A stretch of 55,479 nucleotides of DNA, filler included, from Sphacelaria rigidula (Eukaryota): NCBI GenBank assembly GCA_964200075.2. It is 3 parts of 3 records of this genome, joined end to end, with 100 filler letters (N's around TTAATTAATTAA, not from the genome) between each part and the next. Parts side by side here need not be neighbours in the genome. Positions count along the whole stretch, not along the records: positions 1 to 18,435 come from CAXNAA020000859.1; 2 more parts are not named here. One strand, given 5' to 3'. Below, one piece after another: positions 1-10,700 of this stretch (positions within the stretch are counted from its first letter, which is position 1; each line of letters starts with the position of its first letter). The notes below the pieces were generated by a model that ran no database searches, was not told the DNA's origin, and saw only the letters and a list, made by a program, of their open reading frames with translations. The translations under genes and the position numbers were made by a program.

Positions 1-75
1 CTCCGGGAATCGAACCCCCCAACTCAACCATCAGAAGGTTACGAGGTTACCAACTGAGCCACCGGGGCGACCGGC
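1..75 (-). mobile_element. 5' tRNA-derived head of a SINE (cut by the window edge)
   Basis: Minus strand ccggtcgccccggTGGCTCAGTTGGtaacc...GGTTCGATTCC has Pol III A and B boxes; a closely related head starts the longer copy at 20233. Confidence 0.7.
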
Positions 76-81
76 AGCAAT

Positions 82-450
82 CGTATCCACACCAAATCTT
101 CGAAATATAGTTTCAATCTTTTACTTACTGATAGTTTTTGACAAGTACTATACATGATGTGAATTTGGATTTTGATCACCGATATGTTGAGATCCTGGGT
201 GAAGAACAAATTTAGGGAGTTTCGGGGATCCGACTGGATCACGTAAATTCCCCAAAATTGTTTTTCATCTAGGACCCCAACATTTCGGTTATCGAAATCC
301 GAACTTGTCTGGCGTGTAACAGTTGTCAAAAATTATCAGTAAGTGAAGGAATGGAAATATATTTTGAAGACCAGGTGTGGATACGAAGGTTCTAATCCTC
401 CAGGTTCTCATCCTCAATGAAGAGCTTCATCTCCACTCTCGATGATCGTC
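82..450. mobile_element. Long-TIR MITE/foldback family F1, copy 1
   Basis: cgtatccacacc..atcttcgaaatat...tactgat..tttgacaa (82-146) is inverted at 321-385; the internal ccccaaaattg..ggaccccaacatttcggt core is shared with 3370-3750 and 46180-46580. Confidence 0.65.
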
Positions 451-870
451 TGTTGTATCTAGGGGGATTGTTTCCATGCCGCATCAGTAGGGGCCTAGAG
501 GAGCTATTCTTGGTCGTAACGGAAGTACGATTCTTCATATCTTGACTTGAGTTCATCATTCCGTAGGAATATTCGCCGACTCTGTCTGTTGTTCCGTAAT
601 AGGGAAAAACGCCGAGCCCACGCACCCAGCTCTCTGTCCTCACTGATGTATAATCCTTCGGTGCCCAATCCCGATTTCACGGACACTGTTCAAACAACGT
701 TTTCCTCTTCCAATCACGAATTTCGTTATGGGGCGTTTTCCTCTTCCCATACATTTGTACTTTCGCTCATGTCTGGGGTGTTTCTTCATGAATACCTTAA
801 TGGATACTGTCATCGTCACGAGTCAGTCTCTTCTGGTACGTCAACACTTGGTGCCGGCCATGGTACTGAT

Positions 871-1058
871 TGTTATGCGTGAGAGGACCGCGTGCTTGGA
901 GGACCGCATCGGAATCTGAACATCCTTATCGTAAGGGTTACGGTTAGTGTTGGGGTTATGGTCGAGGGCGTGGTACCTCCAGAGACTGACCCAATTGGTT
1001 TGAAAAACGTCGATCCTGGGGTGTTTTGGACTACGGCGCAGTCCTCTCACGCATTACA
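871..1058. mobile_element. MITE family F2 (TIR TGTAATGCGTGAGAGGAC), copy 1
   Basis: tgttatgcgtgagaggac...gtcctctcacgcattaca; inverted homologue at 6361-6576. Confidence 0.75.
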
Positions 1059-2206
1059 CTGATTTTCATCAGCAGGAATGGACTCGTTGAAAATCGTCTC
1101 GGGCACTATTACAGCATCCCGTTTACCACGACTCGCTCGAGCATGTGATGAAGCACCAACGACTGACGAGATATTGCTTTTTCGAATGTGCAGAATACTA
1201 CAGGCGATTCCTCCACCTTGATACTCGTGTGATTCGTGGGATGGACGTGTGCTCAGAGAACCACGTCATAGTTCAACACACCTCAAGAACAGACAATATT
1301 ATAGGAGAAGGTTGTACGATGAAATAAGACTGAAGTCCGAACCAGTGCTTTCCTAACACTTGCAGCGATAGTGCTCAATGACTATTGGTCGGCCTATGCT
1401 CCTAAACCGCGTAGAAGTACTTATTGAGCGCATTTTACCCACGCTGTGAGCTTACAGCGCGGGCCGAAAGCGTTGTTCCCCCTGATATTACTCCCCATTA
1501 AAAAGCAGGGAAAATGACCGTTTCGCTCACCGCCGTAGGCTCAGAGTCGGTCTTACGCTGAAAACGTATCTACCCGATCGAGGGGCATTGGGCCGACAAA
1601 AACGGCATCGGCCATCGCTGCGTTAGTGTGGGGAAAGCACTGTTTCGGGCTTGAACCTCATTTCATCGTACAACCTCACTTTGTAGAATTGTCTCTTTTG
1701 GAATCGACGTTTTTCAAAACCAATCGGGCCAGTCCCCGCATAAACCACGTCACTGACCCTCCAACGCATTACATTTCAAGCGGCGATGCCACCAGCTGTG
1801 AAAAGGGGCTTTGGTTTCACGTCAGGCCGGGATTCGACAAAACTAGACACGACTTATAATCACGGGGAAAAAGTGCATTCAACAGTGAACGTGAAGACGA
1901 GTTGAATCAACGAGGGAGGGGTAAATAAATCGAGCATGGACCTCCCCGCCAAAACTGTTTGGGATCCTCCGTGTTTCTGGTACGTGTGCGTAGTAGATTT
2001 ATGCTAGTAGCGATGGCTCCACGTGGCAGGGAAAACAAGAAATGCCGAGCGCCAAAGAGTGGATACAGAGTGCGCAACCACCTCTGCTCCATGTTTTTTG
2101 CCGGTGTTCCCCAAAGACACTATCCGGAACGCCACTTGCCTCTTTTGCACGTTCGATCTCGCAACTATACACAACTCTCTTCTGACGCTTCCGTTATCGT
2201 TTCCAG

Positions 2207-2260
2207 GATGGTTTTGCGTCCGTTCGAGCGGCTGATTTCGAAGCTCTACGCGTTGATGAG
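2207..2260 (+). CDS. Possible upstream exon of the JMJD6-like gene (DGFASVRAADFEALRVDE)
   Basis: tttccag acceptor and GAG|gtgaga donor; 54 nt, phase 0, joins in frame to exon 4688. No recognisable homology; start codon not found. Confidence 0.45.
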
Positions 2261-3369
2261 GTGAGATACTGTGTTTTGCGTATAGGGGGTACGGATGAAG
2301 AAATGATCAAGTTGGTGACTTAGTGCCACTAATAATCAGGGGAAACAACTGCCTTGCGTTGAATGTGGATGTCGAGCATACTTCCTCTGCCCCGTGAGTT
2401 AAGTCCGTGATGTTTATACGAGCCCTTAACGGTGTCCGATTCGATTTTCGATTATTTTATTGCATTCGTTGGCGTTTTTTAGATGAACACAACACTCTTT
2501 CCACAGGTGTGGGTGCTCAACGCGTGCAGTCTCACGATTGAGAAAAAGTGGGTCAGCCTAAAAACGGTGATTTTTCGCTCTTTTTCCCAGTAAGCATGGG
2601 GGATCCGGGAGCACGAAAAATCGCGAAAAACCGTGAAGAAAACGTGAAAATCGCAGAAGAACCATTGGTTTTGGATACCCCCGTGATATTAACCTACGCA
2701 TGCCCCATCACACATATTTTCAGCATGTAAACGCTCGTGTTTCACTTTAAAACGTCCGAAATTGGTCAACATCGAGGTATACGTGGACCAAAAGTGGGCA
2801 AAGTGGGCGTATTTCGACGTCTTTTTAGTATGGACCACTAACATTTTATTTATGGGTTATTTTTGCATCAGCTTCGTTGGCGCTTCATCTTTCCTGCGAA
2901 CCCAACTATGGGATGATCGGAAGAGTTTGAATGCACAAACGATTAAAAGCCCATAACGGACTTGACTTATGGGACAGGAGAATTACGATATCATATCATA
3001 CTAGCATCCAACACTCTCCTTCCTCTTTCGTCACGCATAGCTATGCTGCAGTTTACATGAACCCACTCCTTGAGGAGATAAATGACGGTTTGGACCCTGG
3101 TTTTTCTCACCAGTTCGGTTCCTCAAGACCTATGCATCTCTGGCATAAGCTGTCACCCTGGGTCATCGTCCGCATATCCCGACGAGGAATGATGTTTCTG
3201 TCGGTCGATTGACTTTTTTTGTTTTGCCCAAACGAGATTGACAGGAAGAAACATTGACGGCGTCTGGGGAGATACGGGGATACGCCTCGGCGGTGAGCAT
3301 GATGTGGTTGCCTCGCCGTCTACATGTCCAACACGGGATCTTACGAATTGGGCATGAATCTTCTACAGG

Positions 3370-3750
3370 GGATGAGAAATCCCGAGATTCTTTTTCGCAT
3401 CCACACCGAATCTTCGAAATTCGGTTTCTTTCATTCACCTACTGATGGCTATCGACAACTGCTATACGCCATATAAATTTGGATTTTGATGATTGATATG
3501 ATGGGGTGCTGGGTGAAGAACCAATTTCGAACGATTTTGGCGTCAGTTCGGCCACCCCAAATTCCCCAAAATTGGTTTTTCCCTTAGGACCCCAACATTT
3601 CGGTGACCGATATCCAAATTTCAATGGCGTGTAGCAGTTGTCAAAAGCTCATCAGCAGGTGAATAAATGGGAGCATATTTCGAAGATTCGGTGTGAACAC
3701 GAAGATTTTCATTCTCCGAAGTTCCTCATCCTCAATGAGAGATCTCTCCA
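3370..3750. mobile_element. MITE/foldback family F1, copy 2
   Basis: Inverted arms 3370-3470 and 3625-3732; collinear with copy 1. Confidence 0.65.
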
Positions 3751-3958
3751 CAATTTGTATGATCCTGTGTTGAAAACGCTGTCTTGACTACCCACAAAGC
3801 GACGGAAAGCAGCATCAATGAAGTTGACCGTACCATGAACGATGAAACTTGGCACACAATCAGCTGTGTGAGAGTCAACATAAATCACTCGCGACTCACC
3901 TCGGACATTATACCTCATAAATGCCATGGGTGAAGTCGGGCAAAAACTCAGATTGGGT

Positions 3959-4301
3959 GCTAGGACACTTTCTACGATAGCCCCCACCCCTCAAAACGGT
4001 GCTCCGTCTCGAAAGGCATGATGGTCAATGATCAAACGACTAAGGCGAGCAATAAATGAGTACGCTCCCCCCCAAACCAGCTAAAAGTGTCACGAAAAAA
4101 ATGGCCGTACAGCGCCTGATGTTCGGATTCAGGCTGCATGAACAGCCTTATATTGGCGACATTAGCTAGAACGAACCCAAGTGTGGTAATTCCCAGCTTC
4201 TCGATGTGCTCGGCTTTTCCCAGTTCGATTCACGTCAATATTTTGCCTCCCAAAACCATGCACTTCTTTGGGGGGGGGGCTAACGTAGAAAGTGTCCTGG
4301 C
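3959..4301. mobile_element. MITE family F3 (TIR GCTAGGACACTTTCTACGATAGCCCCC), copy 1
   Basis: ~27-bp TIRs; internal sequence recurs at 8414-8663, 19690-19890 and 55414-55479. Confidence 0.75.
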
Positions 4302-4687
4302 GAGATGGTGAAAAGCGGAGTGTTACCGTCTGTCTTCGCAAGTAAAGCCAGCCCTCCATAGTTCGTGTTCCCATTCTTTTTTTTCGGCGGAGCCACTGGC
4401 AGCTTGTTTTTCCCCATGAGTATAAACAACGCAAAGAGTCATCCGTCGGCCTTTTCCAATCGTATATTTTTGTTGTGACGTCACCACACGCTGCAGAATC
4501 AATGTGCGCTGGCCTCTTCCCTTGTCCCGATGCTTCCAACGTCAACTGGACAGTCATGCCCCACAATGACATATGGTGATGATGTGTTGAACGATATCTG
4601 TACATGCTTTTTTTGCTTCCACCACTCACTTGCTGTTGATTTACATTTCTCCGTTGTGTATTTCACTGCACGTCTTGTCTTCGGCAG

Positions 4688-4789
4688 TTCCCCTCCAAAT
4701 TCACGATCCCTCATTTCGACAGCCGCAACCTTACCGTGGAGGACTTCCGGAAGACTTACGAGAACAGCTCGCGGCCCATCATGGTCGAG
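4688..4789 (+). CDS. JMJD6: JMJD6-like exon [34 protein letters not shown]
   Basis: ggcag| acceptor, GAG|gtatgg donor; aligns by eye to the JMJD6 LSVEEFVERYERPYKPVV segment. Confidence 0.85.
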
Positions 4790-7700
4790 GTATGGAGTTT
4801 GATACTTTCTGTGCATTCCGATGTATACAACAGTCCGGTGTTCAGCTTCTGAAACAAAACGATTGTCGCTCGGCCACGTACGTGACAAACTATCAAGTAC
4901 ACATCCCGACGCAATCCAAAAAATAAGTGATGTTGTGGTGATGAACTAGCAGAACACCAATCGCCTGAGCTTTTAGAAGAGTCGTGTCGAGGGTGAACTG
5001 CGTACAGGGATTTTCCTGGTTGTCGCACATATACTGATGGTTCGTGTCCAAACCAGTCGCGGTCCCGAGGAGGACTTGCCCGAGATGATTGAGCGACAGG
5101 ATTTGCTTCAAAATACTCGCGCCGATGGGGTGAGCAAAACGAACGAGGCAACCTAAAAATACAGATGAATGTGTATCGAAACCACTTGGATACGGGGAAG
5201 TGCCGAGCTGAAGACACAACGGGACACATGAAAATCAAGAACGGAGAAAACAGCTGGCTTTCAGCGGTGGCGGCTCTTGTGCAGGTCATTTTCGACGCAA
5301 CCGTCTCTCCGTTACGACGTTCCACGGGACATCTTCGCCCTTTGTCGTCCGGCAGGCGTCACATGCCCACGTTGTCAGCGGCAGTGACCTAGCCCCAAAA
5401 TGCTCGGGACCCTACACCGTCGGTACTCCCTGCAATCGTATCTCTCGCTTCGAGTATATTCCGCACAACATGTGATTTTCAGCTTTGCCCTCAGTGTTTC
5501 AAGGGCTTTTCATGCCCTCGCACGGTCAACACACCTGAGTATGAGGCGATTCGGGAGACATTTGGTGTCATCGGTCGTGTCCACTCTCGACGGAATTCGT
5601 GGATGATGATCCGCTTTGACCGCGGAACGCCGTTTGTTCCCGCAAACGTTTTTTTTATATGCAATTGCGTACGTGTATGTGAACCCCGTCTTGTTATTAA
5701 GACGAGGGAGAGTAGAAAAGTATTGTCAAGGTGATGTTCATGTGACGAATGACCCATGCATGGCAACGTTTCACGTTCTCCTTCCCATTCTTATTCCCAC
5801 GATCATTCTCATCGAATTTCGTCATTTTCCAAATAACTCTTGTGAGAACGGAGGGACGATCTGATGAGAACACTGAGCTGAATCATGGACCCCGTCACCT
5901 CGATATATCAATCGATTCTCCTTAATTTCGGTGATGTGCCTTGTCGTCTCCTTTGCTTGCTGTCAGTTAACCTGAAGTGAACCTTCCTTCAGAAGTAGCC
6001 CTCGTGACTCGTTACTCGAGGAGCTTCGATTTGGACTGAAGTAATTTGGTATCTCTTGTACATGAAAGGTCACGTTACACGAGGCGTTAATGCAGCATGA
6101 AGGACTGACGCAATACCGCCGCCCGAATTGAAGTACCGTGGTGAGGGATTGAATCACTCGTGTTCATACAGCACGTCCCTCATGACATCTTGTCCTGTCA
6201 TGTCCTCTTTCATTCCCTGACTAGTCGCTCTCACTTGGTCTGATGACATGGACGAGTAAATAGCATGCCTCTACTTCAACTCATTTTATACTCATCTCTT
6301 CTTTTCCCGCCACTGTGTATCTACTCCATCGTGACTAGTCTTCTTTTCCCGTGGCTACGGTGTAATGCGTGAGATGACCGAGTGCTTGGGGGGGGCGCAT
6401 CGTAGTTCGAAACACATCAGGATCGACGTTTTTTTTAAGCCAATTGGACCAGTCCCTCCAGGAATCCCCCTGACCCCAACGCCAACCTCAACCCTAACCC
6501 TGACTCTAACCCTAACCGTACGGATTTTCAAATTCCGATGCGGTCCGCCAAGCACGCGGTCCTCTCACGCATTACAACGGCCTGACTGTTGCTTTCTCCT
6601 CGCTTCTAGAGCACATACTTGGAAGGCGGTCGAAGGCACTGGTGTGATCTGGTTGGCATGCAGATGAACTCGGTTGTCTGCACTTGTTGTTTATGTGTGC
6701 ATTTCATTACTCTGGTTTGGTACTGTTGGACGGCTGATGTGTTGTGGAAACAGAATATTCCCCAGACCATGAACTGGACAGCGGCAACAAATTGGACGTT
6801 CGATGGGCTGGAGAAGAACTACGCGGAAGTGGAGGTCAAGGTGGGAGCTACGGAGGATGACGATGACCTCCACATGACGCTGTCTAATTTCATGAGGTTG
6901 GTCATGCCGTATAGTGCTGTACGCTTGGTGCTTTCGACTGTTCGAACTTTGCCTACTTGACCGCCTAAATGTCATGATGGCATTCGAATCAATGAACAGC
7001 AAATCTATCAAAGGAACACTGTCGTGTGCGACTGGTGTTTTGCTATGTATGCGTCATCTAGTGGGGACGGGAGAAGTGTACGGTTACTGCAGTTGGTGAG
7101 GTTCGCTGCACTTTTATTTGGGCATATCCCGTGTGTTGAGCATGTAAGTGACGTTCGTGGAGTTCCTCTATCCTCATCGACCTTCTGCCAATTGTCAGGA
7201 AGTCTTGAACAAGCCTAGTGCCTCCGACCTAACTACGTTTGCTTGAGAATCGGTGTATGACGAATAACTTGTCATGCCTCACACTTGACCTGGTGGCACG
7301 CCACCCGCAATATTCGTGTATTGGGGTTCATCGAGTCCAAGGCAGTGTGAAGGTTACCCCGATGCTGACGTTTCGGGTTGGAAATTCCTCGATACTGGAA
7401 TATGATGCGATATGTGGGGTCGGCCCCGCCCCGATTGGTAACCTCCAGCGTTCGTTCAACAAACGACCTGGGCGCTGAGGATGTTGAACCTGCGCTGTTT
7501 CGATACTTGACTGCCGACTGTGCTACACGTGCTCGCCGAAAACGTCGGAAATCCGTTCAAGTGTACATATGATCGACTTGGTAGTCCCTGTATCTCTACA
7601 ACGACGCCGTCCTTCCCTCCCCGTTCGCTGCCATTGGGTTCTATGTACGAAGATATGCGAGGGCGCAAAAAGACGATAGCCCCCTGTACGTGTTCGACAC

Positions 7701-10700
7701 TAACTTCGTGAACAATCGGCAAGGTCGTCAGATGAAGCGGGAGTATTCCGTGCCGGAGCTATTTCCCGAGGACCTCTTCTCCTGCATGGGTAACCATAGG
7801 CCGCCCTTCAGGTACTCGAATGAGTGATCGGTGGTTTGATCTATTTTTCAGGAGAAGGGCACAGTCATGACCATGATTGAAAGGCGCCATTTTTTCATGT
7901 TGTTAGCATACTCCTTTTCTCTGCTCCTCGAGGCTCATCCATAATCAAGGGAGTGCTCAGCCGATACACCTGCTCGGCATTTCGATATTGCGGATTAACT
8001 CACCACTCGCGCAACGCGTCGATTTTCGTGAAATATGTTCGGTCAATCACGCCTGTACCGCCCAGGGTTGCGTCGTCAAATCACGGTCACTGGTGTATCA
8101 ATCGCATCCGAGCAGCATCAACCATGACTTATCGAAATGCGTAGTATCTCTAGGGTTTTGCTTGTGATGGAATTCTTGTATCCGGAGACGGTCATCCTGC
8201 CCCCGTAAGAAGTACCGAAATGTGTAATGAGCATATGCTAGTTGCGTAAATACCCCGAAATCCATAATACCTCGTCCTGTCCTCCCGACAGGTTAAATAT
8301 AGGTGGAAGTGAGCCTCCATTTCGCTCAACCGCTCAGCGCGGACCAGACACCTGGCGGGCAACCTCTTGCCCTGGGCTGGACGACTGAGTTGGGTGTAGG
8401 TGTGGATACTGTCGACACTTTCCACGATAGCCCCCCCCAGAACCAGCCAAAGGTGTCACGAAGAAAATGAGCATACAGCGCCTGATGCTTGGGTTTAGGC
8501 TGCATGAAGCGCCTCATATTGGAAAACTGGCTAGAACGAACCCAGTCGTGAGAATTCCCAGCTGCTCATTGTGCTCGGCTTTTCCCATTTCGATTTACGT
8601 GAAGATTTTGCCTCCCAAAACCATGCCTTTTTGGGGGGGCTATCGTAAAAAGTGCCCCTAGTGCATTTCATCCATCACTATTCATGGATAGTTCCCGGGT
8701 AAACCACGTCTTTATGGGATGGGACTGACTATTCTCGTGCATCATCTTCTCTTGTCCCGCTCCCCTCGTGCCTCCCCGCCCTGGCTTTCGTGAAACCCAG
8801 CATACACCTTCGATTGCTCCCTTGAGGCCATGGCCGGCTTGAACAAAACCAAATCGGGTTCCATAGTCTGAACCAAGCAACAAACGTGAAATGCCCGCGC
8901 GAAACGATTGCTAGTGTTCCGAAGGACCATGACGTACCATGCCTCGATTCCCGATGAACAGATGGCTGTTGGTGGGACCCGAGCGCTCCGGCACCACCGT
9001 GCACGTAGACCCTTTGGGAACCAGCGCATGGAACACGCTCTTGTCTGGTCGCAAGCTGTGGGTGTTGTCCCCGCCTGGCACACTTGAAGCCCTGAAGGGA
9101 AATAAGAAGCCAGACGAAAGTGAAGAGCCCGAGAGCGAGGTCGAAGCCGATGGTGGTGAGGAGTCTGAGGGAGAGGAGGCATCCGGCAGTGGGGAGGACT
9201 CCGTCAGCGAGGAAAAATCCGAGAGAGACGAGGGAGCTGAGAGCAAAGAGGGAGCTGGGGGAGACGGAAAATCTGAGGATGACGAGGAAGCCGAGAGTGA
9301 AGAGGAAGCCGAGAGCGAAGAGGAAGCCAAGGACGAGAAGGAAGCTCAGAGCGTGGAGAAGACGGAAGCCATCAATTACTTCGTCGACGTTCTGCCACGC
9401 GTGTTGTGAGTAACAATTGTCATGGCGTATCCATGACTTTGTTGAGTGCGGAGGCACCCTTATCCGTATCCTAACAACGTGTAATGAGTTATTTCGCTGC
9501 AACTAGTTGGCTGAGGACATGCCGCCTCTTGAGGAACATGTCGAACAACACATGCGAGCGAGGCGGATATGCACGTCGTGGCATACGATACACCGTAAAG
9601 AACGGACACGGGCTCGGGCGTCACGCAATCGACTCGTGTTTCTCAAGGAGTGTTTCCTGAACGTTATATTTCGTGCTCAGGTATCCGTGGTCGGGAAATT
9701 AAGGTGCGTGTCCACTCGTTGACGTTGGCTATTATCCTGTTCTCACCCGTTTGAGTCGAGTTGACCTCATGATCGTAGTCCATTGGTCACTCGGACTGCC
9801 CCACACCGTATGTAAGCGGAAACTGCAGCACATGACATCTTGAGGGGGACGACTGTCCCTCGGGCACGGGTGAATTTTTTCACGAGAAACCTTCTGGTAG
9901 TTTCGGCCCCGCCGGATAGCCGATCAATGGTGTAAGGAGAAGCACAACAAGTACGTGGGCGTGAAAATTACAGTGGGTTCAGAAACAGAGAATTTGTGAG
10001 GATGGTACGTGAATGCTGATGCCCAGGATTCCGAATACGATGTGTCCCACGGTGTTGTTCAACAGTCGACCAAACTGTGATCGTCCTTCACGGCTATTTT
10101 CACTGGGACTTGGAGCTCCACACATGACGTGTTTTCCCTGGTATAGGGAGAAGGAGCAGCGTTCTCAAGCCTTTCGGTTGGTCGAGAGCATTCTCCCTCG
10201 CGCTCTCTCCTCTCCGCCAAAATCCCCAAGAACCTTACTGTTATCCCCGACATGTTTCGTGCTAACAGGGAAGAATTGGACGGCAAAGTGGAGGTCACAG
10301 TGCTGGTGCAGCACCCGGGAGATACAATTTTCGTGCCGGCTGGATGGGCGCACGGCGTGCTCAACCTTGACGATACGGTGGCCATCACTCAAAATTTCGT
10401 TAGCTCCAACAACTTCGACGAGGTCCGTCTTCCTAGTTGAAGTGTACCGATCTAGTCCTGTGCGTTGCGCTCTTTGGCGACTGCCTTCCATTTCGAAACT
10501 TCTTGTGTGTTGACGGGTTGCCGTGTGCCGCGTCTGGTTGTTCCCTCAATTATTGATCACCTAAGGTTTTTTTTATGACGTCTCCTAAATGGCCGCTCTG
10601 TGTGGGATGATGGAGTTGTCATCAGTTAGCTCCAGTCCGCGGTTAGTCTCATGCTGTTTTAGCGACTGTGCGGTACATAGGCGTCAGCTTCCTTCTACTG

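Noticed and set aside
1-75. tRNA gene
   Set aside because: Has A/B boxes but no convincing cloverleaf by eye, and the same head is fused to a repeat body at 20233, so it is better explained as a SINE.
1936-1979. ATG exon MDLPAKTVWDPPCF as the JMJD6-like start
   Set aside because: Its donor is phase 2 and does not chain in frame through 2207-2260 to 4688; the true start is left unresolved.
8729-9502. 257-aa and 139-aa minus-strand ORFs (hydrophobic or Ser-rich)
   Set aside because: Antisense shadows of the purine-rich acidic JMJD6-like exon.
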